Positions 19,763 to 30,794 of a stretch of DNA of 64,000 nucleotides are shown piece by piece. The notes beneath the pieces were generated by a model. The model was not told where the DNA came from. It ran no database searches and was given only the letters and a program-made list of their open reading frames with translations. The first letter of the stretch is position 1. The number at the start of each line of letters is the position of its first letter. The stretch comes from Bacteroidales bacterium (GTDB lineage Bacteria > Bacteroidota > Bacteroidia > Bacteroidales > UBA1715): contig JAQICB010000049.1 of NCBI GenBank assembly GCA_027858745.1, positions 50 to 64,049 of the forward strand. Direction: 5' to 3'. The position numbers and the translations under genes were made by a program.

Positions 19763-22490
19763 TTTTTTGTCTTGACACATCATCATTAACCTTAAGTTGA
19801 ACAATATATACTCCCGGAGGTAAATCGCTCACATCTATAGGATAAGATCCATTTTTAAAATAAATATTTTGTTGTCGTACACAAACACCCATATTATTGA
19901 ACAACATCATTTCTGCCGTTTCATAAAATGCATGTTTCCATTGTATATAACATTCATTTTTACAAAATGAAGGAAATATAATCCAATCATTTTTAGAAAT
20001 AAATTCATAATTAGCATACGTAGGTAATACATATTTCAATACAGAATCTTTATCAGAATTAAAATGATATTCAGAAAAACAGCTTATGGGTTGAATACCA
20101 AAATTGTAGGGAATATCAAAATCAGAATATGAAAGCCATATTGAATCTGAGGAATAATATGCATCAACAAAAAAATCATTGTCGTAATACTGATATAATG
20201 AAACAGACGAAGTGTCTAAATTATCATAACACATTCCGGCATAGAACGTATCTTGAACAAAAACAGGAGCAGAAAAATGAACTTGATTAAAATAATCTTC
20301 ACTCAAACGAGAACATAGAATTGAATCATACGACAAAAGAATATTTTTGGAATCCCACACCGCATAACGAAAATAGGAATTAGGACTGCCATTATTTTTA
20401 ATAGCAAACTTAAGTCCTCTAATATATGCCGTCCTCTTGATACTATATTCATTCGATATACATGAAGCATTTAAAAAATCGGCTTTCCCCCAATCAGGAA
20501 CATTCTCTTTGGTAGAAACATGTACAAATTCGGTAGTGTCAAAAATACCTTTTACCGAATCATGACCAAATAATTCGATACTATAAAATTCTTCGGGACG
20601 AAAAGAAATTCTATCAGAAAAATGTGGGTATTGAAAAAACAAAGGGTATGATAATGTGTCGGGCTGACTTGTGACATTAACCTCGAGGGCTAGAGAAGTG
20701 TTCGCAGAAATATCGGAAGCATACATCCATGGACTACCATATTCTAATAATAAGGAATGTGAAGTTACCGTTCTATTCTGAGCCAACAAAAAAGACATAC
20801 AGGGGGCATTTTCAAAAAAACGATATCCGACCCAAAAATTACCGGTTGTCTCAATTGGCTCATCAGGCAAAAGAAACACAAAAGAAGAATCAATAAGCAT
20901 TACATCAGATAATTGGGAAGAATACACTAAGGAATCGGGCTGTAACCCACCTGTCCACACACACAATTCAACATTGGAGATATCGGCACAGGGAAGTATA
21001 TCAATCGCATATGTAATGGCTACAATAAATTTTTCGGTATTATATAAAAACTCTTCAGCGGCAACTGACCAACCTATTTCATTTGACCCACCAAACAAAC
21101 CATCGGCTTGATTACCAAAATTCCATACAGTAACAGAATCCGAGGGAGAAATATGAGAAAGACTGCCCGGAAAAAGATTAATCGGATCGAATCCGGGACA
21201 TGTCTCTGCTCCATAATTAGCTGGATCGAGCCAATACTGAAGCTGTGTGCTCGAATCGCCAGCACTATAATAAGCAGATGATAATTTAGAAAAATAATCA
21301 TTAATAGGGTCATCACATGAAGCTTCGCCCCCAGAAAGAGTACCATATACTTTATGGTCACTTGTAAATAATGGACAGCCCGAAGAACCCGCTTCAGTTG
21401 TACCAATTTCCCAATCTGCAATCTGCCAGTGAGTGTTCAGTTTATAGGTATAAAAAGAAGCAGTGTTTGAATATTGGTTATCAATACTGATTTTCATTGC
21501 ATCTCCTCTCGGGTGATGAATAGCAACAGAACCATTTGATGCCTCATCGGTAACATCCCAACCAAGATAATACGGTTCAAACGAATCAGGTGGAGGGTTA
21601 TACATTTCTACTAAACTAAAGTCAATTTTATCATCAGGATGTGTTGCTCTAAAATGAGCACCTGACACAACTTTACTTGTATTAATTCCGCCCGTGTTAT
21701 CACATTGGGGGAATTCATACCCAAAATAAAACACGCTTGTATTCGCTTCAGACTCTTTGGAAACACAATGGTTTGCGGTTATCACATACGGCGTTTTATC
21801 TTGCAAGGTATTGTTAAGCAAACTTCCGGTACATGCTTTTGTTCCTGTAATAATCATGCGAGTAACTGCCCGTTTTTCTTTTTGCCAACTTGCACCTTCA
21901 CTACAATTAATATTCACATTACACCATCCGGCATCGTCTTTAATAGCCTCTCTCGATTTTAATTGTCCGGAAAAATCACGAAAACCATACGATATTTGTG
22001 ATATATGTAATTGCAACGAATCAATCTGAGAAACCGGAACAATACAAGATATATACAACACACTATCATTAACAATTGGCGTAGCCAGTACATTACTCGG
22101 ATTATTAAACTCGGAAGTATATGGCCCAAAGAAATCTGATGAATCTCGAGAAAAAACAGAGACAGTAGCACCCTCAGGTAAAAAAAAATCGGAAAAAATA
22201 ATATTTAAAGAGCGAGCTTGTGCAGCTGAAATTTGCATATTATATATAAACACACTATCATATTTAATCTGTTGAGCATATTCCGTATAGGGCATAGAAA
22301 CCGCAATCGGATACGCAAACACATATGCTTGAGTTGTGTTTATATAATTCTCTATACTATCTTGTGACGGCTTATCGAAAGAAATGAATGGACCAAAAAT
22401 AGATGTGTAATTTGTATTAAAAGAATGACCTTGAGCAAAAGAAAAAAGCGAAAAAAAAGAACTCAAAAAAAGCGAAAAAAGAAAACGCAT
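19746..22490 (-). CDS. Secreted trypsin-fold (S1) serine endopeptidase, lysyl-endopeptidase-like, with T9SS C-terminal sorting domain
   Basis: Signal peptide MRFLFSLFLSSFFSLFSFAQG. Catalytic-triad context: CTGSLLNN...PYVITANHC (His), DFSLVEM (Asp), GSSGCPLF (Ser). A ~480-aa C-terminal extension ends LPPGVYIVQLKVNDDVSRQKIIVYW, which is typical of a Por secretion tail. Confidence 0.72.
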   Translation of the reverse strand: MRFLFSLFLSSFFSLFSFAQGHSFNTNYTSIFGPFISFDKPSQDSIENYINTTQAYVFAYPIAVSMPYTEYAQQIKYDSVFIYNMQISAAQARSLNIIFSDFFLPEGATVSVFSRDSSDFFGPYTSEFNNPSNVLATPIVNDSVLYISCIVPVSQIDSLQLHISQISYGFRDFSGQLKSREAIKDDAGWCNVNINCSEGASWQKEKRAVTRMIITGTKACTGSLLNNTLQDKTPYVITANHCVSKESEANTSVFYFGYEFPQCDNTGGINTSKVVSGAHFRATHPDDKIDFSLVEMYNPPPDSFEPYYLGWDVTDEASNGSVAIHHPRGDAMKISIDNQYSNTASFYTYKLNTHWQIADWEIGTTEAGSSGCPLFTSDHKVYGTLSGGEASCDDPINDYFSKLSSAYYSAGDSSTQLQYWLDPANYGAETCPGFDPINLFPGSLSHISPSDSVTVWNFGNQADGLFGGSNEIGWSVAAEEFLYNTEKFIVAITYAIDILPCADISNVELCVWTGGLQPDSLVYSSQLSDVMLIDSSFVFLLPDEPIETTGNFWVGYRFFENAPCMSFLLAQNRTVTSHSLLLEYGSPWMYASDISANTSLALEVNVTSQPDTLSYPLFFQYPHFSDRISFRPEEFYSIELFGHDSVKGIFDTTEFVHVSTKENVPDWGKADFLNASCISNEYSIKRTAYIRGLKFAIKNNGSPNSYFRYAVWDSKNILLSYDSILCSRLSEDYFNQVHFSAPVFVQDTFYAGMCYDNLDTSSVSLYQYYDNDFFVDAYYSSDSIWLSYSDFDIPYNFGIQPISCFSEYHFNSDKDSVLKYVLPTYANYEFISKNDWIIFPSFCKNECYIQWKHAFYETAEMMLFNNMGVCVRQQNIYFKNGSYPIDVSDLPPGVYIVQLKVNDDVSRQKIIVYW

Positions 22491-22508
22491 AGTATGCAGG
22501 TAAACGAA

Positions 22509-25500
22509 TTATAACTTAACACCAAATACAACAACATCATCAATTTGTCGGTGAGTTCCTCTCCAATCTTCAAAGGTTTTATCTAAAATTTCCTTTTGCT
22601 CATTCATTGGTAAATCTTTATGTTCGAACAACAAATCTTTAAACCGAGCAGCCATAAACTTTTTATTGCGTGCTCCACCAAATTGGTCTTGATATCCGTC
22701 AGAAAACATATACACACACATTCCCGGTTTGTATCGAAACTCATGGTTTGTATATCCTTTATCTTCTGCCGAAAACAACCCACCAACAGAACAAATATCA
22801 CCTTCTACAGAATCAACAGAGTCTTTATGCATTACAAAGACCACATGATTTGCACACGATATTTGAATAGATTGTTCAGAAGGATTAATAGCACAAATAG
22901 TAATATCCATACCATCATCTTGCGAATCGGGATTACCATCTTTATTTTGATTTAAAGCGGTAATAACACCTTTATTTAGTTTTTCAATAATAACTGAAGG
23001 TTTTTGATTCGATTTTTCATTTGAAATCTCATTCAACAAGGTTGTGCCAATCATAGACATAAATGCACCCGGCACACCATGCCCAGTACAATCGGCGACA
23101 GCAATATAATACACTCCATTTTGCTCAACAAACCAATAAAAATCACCACTGACGATATCTTTCGGTTTAAATAAAACAAAAGAATCTAAAAGATTTTGTT
23201 GAATAGTCTGTTGAGTTGGTAACATAGCATCTTGAATCCTTTTTGCATAGCTAATACTATCCTGAATCAAGCGGTTTGTACGAGAAAGTTCATCATTATT
23301 TTTAACCAACAATTCCGATTGTAATTGCAATTCTTCTTTTTGTTGATTAATTTCTTGCGTTCGTTCATCAACCATACGTTCCAACTTACGCTTTTCTGCA
23401 ATCAATTGACGCTCACGAATTTTAATATACAAGACTATTCCAAGAGCAATAACTATTAGCAAAATAGAATAAAACCACGTAGTTTTCCAAAAAGGTGGAA
23501 TCACAGTGATTTTTAATCGCGTTACTTTATCACTCCATTCACCGTCATTGTTTGAAGCAACTACCTCAAACACATAATCTTTTCCCGATAAATTAGTATA
23601 GGTAGCGAAGCGTCTTTTCGAATCTGTAAAGGTCCACTTATCTTCAAACCCTAGCAATCTGTACTTATACATATTTTTTGAAGGAGCGGCATAGTGCAAG
23701 GTTGAAAACTCAAGTGAGAAATTATGTTTATGCGACAAAATTATTTCATCCTCATACACAATAGATTTAGACAAAACCTTTTTACCAAGAACTTTTTCAT
23801 TAATGCCAACCGACTTATTAAATATTTTCAAATCAGTAATTACAACAGGAGCAGTATATTTATCTGGAATAATATCATCAGGAGTAAAATAAGTTAACCC
23901 CTCTTGTCCACCAAAATAAAGTGTTCCGTCATTTCCTTTAAAACACGCCCGTTCATTAAAAGAATTTCCGGGCAAACCATCTAATTCATTAAAATTGGTA
24001 AACTTTTCGGTTAACGGGTTAAATTTCGACAAACCGAAATACGTACTTAACCAAATATTCCCATCATCATCTTCGAGCATACCCAACACCATATCATTTG
24101 TTAGCCCATGACTTTTTTTAGTGTATGATTTAAATTTATTAACCCTATCAAATTTGTTAATACCGGCACCACCGGTACCAACCCAAAAGGAACCATTTTG
24201 AAGTTCTAAAATTGAATATACAACATCATTACTCAAAGACGAAACAGTTTGTCTATCTTTTTTATAATGCGTAAACTCCTCCGTAATAGGATTTAATTTC
24301 GCTAAACCTTGTCCACCTGTTCCGACCCAAATATTTCCACCGGCATCTCCATAAATACACCACACCACATTACGCATAAAATTCTTTTCATCTATCGGAT
24401 AACGCGTAAACGTTTTAGTTTCATACACAAACTTATTAAGACCTCCGCCCCAAGTTCCAACCCAAAGTTGGTTTCGTCCATCCAAATATAAATCAGTGAC
24501 TGCATCATTCGATAATGAATTCTCTTCAACATCATTATACGAAAAATGTTCTTTTTTTTCCGTTTTGGGATTAAATTTAAAGAACCCATTACCATCAGTA
24601 CCAATCCAAAAGAAACCTCGCTGATCCCAAACCAAAGACGTTATTTTATTAAAACTTTCGGGGTCACCTGCAGGACTTTGAAATGTTTTGGTTGCACCTG
24701 TTTTGGTATTATAATATGTTAATCCCGCACCTCGCGTACCTATCCATAAACCGTCAGCATTATCTTCATAAATTGCAAAAACATTATTCGACGAGATTGG
24801 AAAATCATGCAATTGACTCGGATAAATAAATTGAAACTCTTTACGCTCGGTGTTATACTTGTTAAGTCCGGCAGTTTCAGTTCCCAACCAAATAACACCC
24901 GATTTATCTTTCAACAAAGAAATAATATCGTTACCTAAAATTGAATACTCATCGTCCCGGATTGTTTCAATGCCAATAACTTTTTGTGCATTCATGTCAT
25001 ACAAGTTGAGTCCACCTGCACGAGTTCCAATATACATTATATCGTACACGGTATCTTCACAAAGAGACATCACAATATTGCTCGAAAGACTATTTTCTGA
25101 AACAGAATTATACGTAATTCTTCGATATTTTTCTGTTTGAGGATTAATAACATCAATACCACCATAATATGTTCCCACCCAAATATTACCGTTTATATCT
25201 TTTTTCATAGTCATAACATCATTATTCGTAGATGTTACCGGATAAAAAAGTCCTGTTTCTTTGTCAAATTTATGCACAACATGGTCAATATTTGTAGAAT
25301 TCAATCCAACCCAAATAAATCCAAAATCATCTTCCGTAATAGCTCGCACATTATTAGCCTCAAGCGAATACGGATTTCCCTCTTCGTGTTTATACACAGT
25401 AAAATTATGTTTTTCACGATTAAACAAATTTAAACCTCCTCCGTAGGTTCCAATCCATAAATCACGATCCGAATCTTCAAAAATGGTATACACATCATTG

Positions 25501-25925
25501 CTTCCTAATGACTGTTCATCAGTTGAATCATGCATATAATGAGAAAAAGTTTCTGATAAAGGATTAAATACATTGAGCCCTCCACCAACAGTTCCTATCC
25601 ATATTTTACCATATGAATCTTGAAAAATCGAAGTAATATTGTTGCTGGTAATAGACGTAGAATCAGATAAATTCGGCTTATAAACTTTGAAAGTATACCC
25701 GTCATAATAGTTTAAGCCATCTTGCGTTCCAAACCACAAAAATCCGGTAGTGTCTTGCATTATCGCATTAACGCACACTTGTGAAAGCCCATCATCCATT
25801 GTTACACTTTCAAACAAGAGTTTTTGCATATGTTCTTGGGAAACACTAAGCAGTGATACAAAAAACAGTGATATTAATAGTGATATCTTTCTCATAGTTA
25901 ATTCAATCGAATTGTAAATATACAA
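22509..25925 (-). CDS. Two-component-regulator-propeller sensor fused to SpoIIE/PP2C protein phosphatase
   Basis: Signal peptide. About 14 Reg_prop-like repeats (e.g. LWFGTQDGLNYYD, IWIGTVGGGLNVFN), enough for two 7-bladed propellers. Then a Y_Y_Y-like Ig region, one TM (WFYSILLIVIALGIVLYI), a coiled coil, and a C-terminal PP2C/SpoIIE domain (SGDFYWF, VADCTGHGVPGAFMSM, FSDGYQDQFGG). Confidence 0.8.
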   Translation of the reverse strand: MYIYNSIELTMRKISLLISLFFVSLLSVSQEHMQKLLFESVTMDDGLSQVCVNAIMQDTTGFLWFGTQDGLNYYDGYTFKVYKPNLSDSTSITSNNITSIFQDSYGKIWIGTVGGGLNVFNPLSETFSHYMHDSTDEQSLGSNDVYTIFEDSDRDLWIGTYGGGLNLFNREKHNFTVYKHEEGNPYSLEANNVRAITEDDFGFIWVGLNSTNIDHVVHKFDKETGLFYPVTSTNNDVMTMKKDINGNIWVGTYYGGIDVINPQTEKYRRITYNSVSENSLSSNIVMSLCEDTVYDIMYIGTRAGGLNLYDMNAQKVIGIETIRDDEYSILGNDIISLLKDKSGVIWLGTETAGLNKYNTERKEFQFIYPSQLHDFPISSNNVFAIYEDNADGLWIGTRGAGLTYYNTKTGATKTFQSPAGDPESFNKITSLVWDQRGFFWIGTDGNGFFKFNPKTEKKEHFSYNDVEENSLSNDAVTDLYLDGRNQLWVGTWGGGLNKFVYETKTFTRYPIDEKNFMRNVVWCIYGDAGGNIWVGTGGQGLAKLNPITEEFTHYKKDRQTVSSLSNDVVYSILELQNGSFWVGTGGAGINKFDRVNKFKSYTKKSHGLTNDMVLGMLEDDDGNIWLSTYFGLSKFNPLTEKFTNFNELDGLPGNSFNERACFKGNDGTLYFGGQEGLTYFTPDDIIPDKYTAPVVITDLKIFNKSVGINEKVLGKKVLSKSIVYEDEIILSHKHNFSLEFSTLHYAAPSKNMYKYRLLGFEDKWTFTDSKRRFATYTNLSGKDYVFEVVASNNDGEWSDKVTRLKITVIPPFWKTTWFYSILLIVIALGIVLYIKIRERQLIAEKRKLERMVDERTQEINQQKEELQLQSELLVKNNDELSRTNRLIQDSISYAKRIQDAMLPTQQTIQQNLLDSFVLFKPKDIVSGDFYWFVEQNGVYYIAVADCTGHGVPGAFMSMIGTTLLNEISNEKSNQKPSVIIEKLNKGVITALNQNKDGNPDSQDDGMDITICAINPSEQSIQISCANHVVFVMHKDSVDSVEGDICSVGGLFSAEDKGYTNHEFRYKPGMCVYMFSDGYQDQFGGARNKKFMAARFKDLLFEHKDLPMNEQKEILDKTFEDWRGTHRQIDDVVVFGVKL

Positions 25926-25969
25926 TATTTAACAAAAAAAAACACACCGAGCAGTATTAAAATAAAAAA

Positions 25970-28399
25970 TTACCGCAATTCGGCATGCAATTTCTCTGAA
26001 TAAGCAGATATCAACTTCTTCATAACCTTATCAATATCAGATTCTTTAAGCGTTTTCTGCGAGTGTTGTAATACAAACGAAACAGCATATGATTTTTTAC
26101 CTTCAGGAATACCTTTTCCTTGATAAATATCAAAAATTGAAACTGACTTCAATAATTTTTTTTCTGTTTGTTGTGCAATTTCTTCAATTTGAGCAAAGCT
26201 CACATCATCATCTAAAAGCAAAGATAAATCTCTTCGCACTTCAGGAAACTGAGGAATTTCAGTATACAAAACAGGTTTGCCAACAATACTCATCACAACA
26301 TCCCAATTTATATCGGCACAAAAAACAGGATTATCAATATCAAATAATTGAACCAACTTTGAATTTACTTGGCTAATAGTTGCGACCTGCTTATTGTTGC
26401 ACAAAAGAAGCTGACCAACACCAAAATCATCTGCATAATTTTCATACACGAACGCATGTAATCCAAGTTTGACACACATCATTTCGACAGATTTTTTCAT
26501 ATAGAAATAATCTGCTTCCTGAGCTGCACCACTCCAATGTTGAGGCATATAATTACCGCTCGCACACAAAGCGAGTTTTTGTTCTTCCGAGTATGCCTTC
26601 AAACTTTGTTTTTTTGGATTTTTGGAATATTCTCGTCCGAATTCAAAAATACGCACATCCGGATTTTGTCTGTTTTTATTATATGAAACAACCTCTAACA
26701 TATTAAACAACAAAGATGAACGCATCACATCCAAATCTGCACTAAGAGGATTAACCAATTGCACAAGATGTTCCTTATCGAAAGTCGGTAAAGAATCGTA
26801 ATACGCCGATTTTGTAAGAGAATTATTCATCACCTCAAACCAGCCTTGCGCGATAAACATATCAGCGGCTTTATTCTTATACAAGTCTTCATCTATCTCG
26901 TCAGAATATATCAGAGAAGACTTTACCCTTGCAGGAATTTCGATATTATTATAGCCATAAATTCTCAATATTTCCTCAACAATATCCTCTTGCCGTGTCA
27001 CATCTACTCTATATGAAGGCACATCAACGACAAGTGTATCACCCTCATCGATAATGAGAGTAATTTCTAAAGATTGCAATATCGAAAGCATCTCTTTTTT
27101 TGATATGCTTTTTCCTATTAAAGCCTGCACACGAGAAACAGAAAGTTCAACTCTATTTCCGGGCACGGGTGAAGGATTTGAATCAAAAATATGAGACGCA
27201 ACAACACCGCCTGCCAATTCTTGGATAAGAAGAGCTGCACGTTTCAGAGCATAAACAGTGATATTCGGGTCTATTCCCCGTTCAAAGCGAAACGACGCAT
27301 CGGTATTTAAGGCATGTCTTTTTGCTGTTTTTCGAACTGCCACCGGATTGAAATAGGCACTTTCTAAAAATATTGATGTTGTGTGCTGAGTAACCCCATG
27401 ATGAGCTCCGCCAAACACACCGGCGATACACATAGGTTCTTCACTATTTTGTATCATTAAATCCTCTGCCGACAATTCCCGTTCGACCTCATCGAGAGTT
27501 ACAAATTTCGTTTTTTCTGCACAGGTTCCAACAGATATTTTATTTCCTTTAATTGTTTCAAAATCAAAAGCATGAAGAGGTTGAGCCATTTCGTGCAACA
27601 CAAAATTGGTAATATCAACCACATTATTTATTGGTTTTTGCCCAATTGCTTTCAGTTTATTTTGAAGCCATTGGGGAGACTCTTGAATAGTAATATTAGA
27701 GATAACAACACCACAATAGCGGGGACATAAATCTTCCCGTTCTACCACGACTTCGAAAGAATCTATAGGAGCGGCTTCCGTAAAAGCGGAAACATCGGGT
27801 TTTTGAAGATCAACTTTATTGTGTTGACTAAAGAAGGCTGCCAAATCGCGAGCTACACCAATGTGAGAAGCAGCATCGATTCTATTGGGTGTGAGACCAA
27901 TTTCAAAGACAACATCTTGTTCCACAGCAAAAATTTCAGATGCCGGTGTGCCAATTGTGCTTGAATCCGGCAACACAATTATTCCGTCGTGACTGGAACC
28001 GAGTCCCAATTCATCTTCTGCACAAATCATTCCTTGAGAAACTTGACCTCGGATTTTTGCTTTTTTTATAACAAACTCTTTATCTCCATCATACAATTTC
28101 GTGCCTTCAGTTGCAACTAACACCTTTTGCCCTGCCGCAACATTAGGAGCACCACATACAATAGGTAAAATATTAGAGCCACCAACATCGACCGTCGTTA
28201 CACTTAATTTATCAGCATCAGGATGTTTTTCACAAGACAACACATTACCAACAACTACCCCTTGCAATCCACCTTTAATTGATTCAAAACACTCAATTCC
28301 TTCAACTTCCAATCCGATATCCGTAAGAATTTTCGAAACAGATTCAACATCTTCACGTATCGTTAGGTATTCATTTATCCAATTAAGAGAAACTTTCAT
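25970..28399 (-). CDS. pheT: Phenylalanine--tRNA ligase beta subunit
   Basis: 809 aa. MKVSLNWINEY start, tRNA-binding OB domain (HPDADKL...CGAPNV), B3/4, B5 and C-terminal FDX-ACB-like domains in the canonical order. Confidence 0.96.
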   Translation of the reverse strand: MKVSLNWINEYLTIREDVESVSKILTDIGLEVEGIECFESIKGGLQGVVVGNVLSCEKHPDADKLSVTTVDVGGSNILPIVCGAPNVAAGQKVLVATEGTKLYDGDKEFVIKKAKIRGQVSQGMICAEDELGLGSSHDGIIVLPDSSTIGTPASEIFAVEQDVVFEIGLTPNRIDAASHIGVARDLAAFFSQHNKVDLQKPDVSAFTEAAPIDSFEVVVEREDLCPRYCGVVISNITIQESPQWLQNKLKAIGQKPINNVVDITNFVLHEMAQPLHAFDFETIKGNKISVGTCAEKTKFVTLDEVERELSAEDLMIQNSEEPMCIAGVFGGAHHGVTQHTTSIFLESAYFNPVAVRKTAKRHALNTDASFRFERGIDPNITVYALKRAALLIQELAGGVVASHIFDSNPSPVPGNRVELSVSRVQALIGKSISKKEMLSILQSLEITLIIDEGDTLVVDVPSYRVDVTRQEDIVEEILRIYGYNNIEIPARVKSSLIYSDEIDEDLYKNKAADMFIAQGWFEVMNNSLTKSAYYDSLPTFDKEHLVQLVNPLSADLDVMRSSLLFNMLEVVSYNKNRQNPDVRIFEFGREYSKNPKKQSLKAYSEEQKLALCASGNYMPQHWSGAAQEADYFYMKKSVEMMCVKLGLHAFVYENYADDFGVGQLLLCNNKQVATISQVNSKLVQLFDIDNPVFCADINWDVVMSIVGKPVLYTEIPQFPEVRRDLSLLLDDDVSFAQIEEIAQQTEKKLLKSVSIFDIYQGKGIPEGKKSYAVSFVLQHSQKTLKESDIDKVMKKLISAYSEKLHAELR

Positions 28400-28485
28400 T
28401 TAAAATGTTTTTTATTTTGTGTCACAAAAGTACATTTTTTTGAATGAATTTCGGTATTTTAGCACACAAAAATTATAGTATACTT

Positions 28486-29253
28486 ATGCAAAACCGAAAA
28501 AAAATTTTTGTAACGAACGATGATGGAATTCATGCACATGGATTACAAGTACTAATTGAAGAAATGAAAAAATTAGGAGACGTTTTATGCATTGCACCCG
28601 AACGGACTCAATCGGGCATGTCTCATGCCATAACATTCTCGAACCCGGTAAGTCTTGAACAACACAGAGATGAACCAGGGATTAAATCATACAGTTTAAC
28701 CGGTACTCCGGTGGATTGCATTAAAATAGCATTAGACAGATTCTATACTAATGAAAAACCGGACCTAATTGTTTCCGGCATAAACCATGGTTCAAATTCA
28801 TCAATTTGTGCTATTTACTCGGGAACAGTTGCGGCAGCTCGAGAAGGTGGTATTAATAATATACCCTCAATAGCATTTTCGAGTGTCAATTTCGAAAAAA
28901 ACGCTGATTTCACGCATTATTCCCCTTACGTTTATTCTATTTCTGAGAAAATAATAACTCAGGGAATACCTGAATACGTGTTTCTAAATGTTAATTTTCC
29001 TCACACAAAAAACATTAAAGGTACACGGGTGAGTCATCAAGCAAAAGGAGTTTGGATTGAACGATTTGAAAGACGCACCGACCCACACGACAGAGAATAC
29101 TTTTGGTTGACCGGCAATTTCAAAAATTTTGAACCGGAAGCAGAGGACTCTGACGAATGGTTATTAAAAGAAGGGTTTGCGACAATCACACCTCTTAAAA
29201 TTGAAAAAACAGATACAGAATCAATATCGAAGTTATCATTTTTAAACTCATAA
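28486..29253 (+). CDS. surE: 5'/3'-nucleotidase SurE
   Basis: Start moved to the internal ATG (MQNRKKIFVTNDDGIHAHGL). SGINHGSN and YSGTVAAAREG motifs. Confidence 0.93.
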   Translation: MQNRKKIFVTNDDGIHAHGLQVLIEEMKKLGDVLCIAPERTQSGMSHAITFSNPVSLEQHRDEPGIKSYSLTGTPVDCIKIALDRFYTNEKPDLIVSGINHGSNSSICAIYSGTVAAAREGGINNIPSIAFSSVNFEKNADFTHYSPYVYSISEKIITQGIPEYVFLNVNFPHTKNIKGTRVSHQAKGVWIERFERRTDPHDREYFWLTGNFKNFEPEAEDSDEWLLKEGFATITPLKIEKTDTESISKLSFLNS

Positions 29254-29257
29254 TTAT

Positions 29258-29545
29258 ATGACAAAATTATTCAACAATCTTTGGAGCGGCATAGCACTTG
29301 GCACGCTCATTCCTGTACTTTCATTTTTGGGTATTTACATATGGTTTACCAACACACTCACACTGCAAGAATATCTATCGAAACTAACATATTCTAATGT
29401 TGCAACCAATGTATATATTTGGTCGATGATTCCTACTTTTATACTTGCCAGTGTGTTGTATTACAAAAAATGGGATTATGGACTCAAGGGCTTAATTATA
29501 CCCACTTTTTTCTATATTTTTGCAATTGTAATTATCAACTTTTAA
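29258..29545 (+). CDS. Small hypothetical membrane protein (3 predicted TM helices)
   Basis: 95-aa ORF tightly placed between surE and lpxB, 4 nt after the surE stop. Hydrophobic helices. No family recognised. Confidence 0.45.
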   Translation: MTKLFNNLWSGIALGTLIPVLSFLGIYIWFTNTLTLQEYLSKLTYSNVATNVYIWSMIPTFILASVLYYKKWDYGLKGLIIPTFFYIFAIVIINF

Positions 29546-29662
29546 GTCATAAAATATCCATGATAGTAATTATTAACTCACAGTTTGGATTATCTCATGG
29601 ATGTCACATCCGTACACTGTACGAACAGGTCATGACAAATGAAAATCAATTAATATAAACAT

Positions 29663-30784
29663 ATGAAATATTATCTGATAGCAGGAGAAGCTTCAGGCGA
29701 CATGCACGGAGCACGCTTAATTTCACAGATAACACAGCATGACCCAAATGCAGAATTTCGACTGTGGGGAGGCGAAAAAATGAGTACTGCCGCCAACACG
29801 ACTGTTGTAAAACATTACAAAGATTACGACCATATGGGCATTGCGGAAGTATTGAAACATGCACGCAAAATTCTAAGGAATATAGCCTTTTGCAAACAAG
29901 ATTTAGTTGATAACAAACCTGATGCAATTATTTTTATAGATTTCCCGGGATTTAATCTCAAAATTGCTCCCTTTGCAAAATCACTCGGAATTAAAACTTT
30001 TTTCTACATTTCACCTACAATATGGGCATGGAAAGAAGGGCGAGTCAAAAAAATAAAAAAATATATTGACCACATGTTTGTGGAATTACCATTTATTAAA
30101 GATGTATATGCAAAGCATAATTATAAAGTAGATTTTGTTGGTCATCCTCTGTTGGATTCGATACATGATTTTACCGAACGAGAAACATATGAATCATTTA
30201 TTTCGAAAAACTCATTACCCGAGAAAAAAATCATTGCTGTTTTACCCGGAAGTAGAGAATATGAAATTCGCGAAAATCTTCGCACTATGCAAGAAATTTC
30301 AGAAGATTTTCACAACTACGAATTTGTTATTGCTGGCATGTCTCGATTTACTAAAGCTTTTTACGAAAAATTCATTACAGCACATAATGTTTCGATTGTT
30401 TTTGATCAAACATACGAACTGCTTACAAAATCGGAAGCTGCGATTGTTGTTTCCGGCACAGCAACATTAGAAACAGCTCTCTTTAACATACCTGAAGTGA
30501 TTGTATTTCAAACAAGCCCTTTTACATTTTATCTTGCAAAATCATTTGTAAAACTCTCCTTTTTAGGACTTCCAAATATAATCATGAACCGAGCAATAGT
30601 ACCCGAATTGTTACAAAAAGATATGAATGCGAAAAATTTACATTCAGCACTCACAAAAATTCTTTTCGACACTTCTTATAAAAACGAAATAGCACAATCA
30701 TATGCAAAATTACAAGAAAAACTCGGAAATGATGGCACAGCCCATAGAACAGCGCAATTAATTCACAGATATCTTACCGAATAA
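29663..30784 (+). CDS. lpxB: Lipid-A-disaccharide synthase
   Basis: MKYYLIAGEASGDMHGARLI N-terminus. ISPTIWAWKEGRVKKI and LPGSREYEI motifs typical of LpxB. Confidence 0.94.
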   Translation: MKYYLIAGEASGDMHGARLISQITQHDPNAEFRLWGGEKMSTAANTTVVKHYKDYDHMGIAEVLKHARKILRNIAFCKQDLVDNKPDAIIFIDFPGFNLKIAPFAKSLGIKTFFYISPTIWAWKEGRVKKIKKYIDHMFVELPFIKDVYAKHNYKVDFVGHPLLDSIHDFTERETYESFISKNSLPEKKIIAVLPGSREYEIRENLRTMQEISEDFHNYEFVIAGMSRFTKAFYEKFITAHNVSIVFDQTYELLTKSEAAIVVSGTATLETALFNIPEVIVFQTSPFTFYLAKSFVKLSFLGLPNIIMNRAIVPELLQKDMNAKNLHSALTKILFDTSYKNEIAQSYAKLQEKLGNDGTAHRTAQLIHRYLTE

Positions 30785-30794
30785 GTATACCTAT

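Noticed and set aside
21074-22171. Several 70-115 aa ORFs on both strands inside the S1 protease gene
   Set aside because: They are nested within a 914-aa ORF that has a clear catalytic triad and a T9SS tail. No independent support.
22604-25446. Multiple 60-111 aa ORFs on both strands inside the sensor-phosphatase gene
   Set aside because: Shadow ORFs inside a 1138-aa gene with repeated, recognisable Reg_prop and PP2C motifs.
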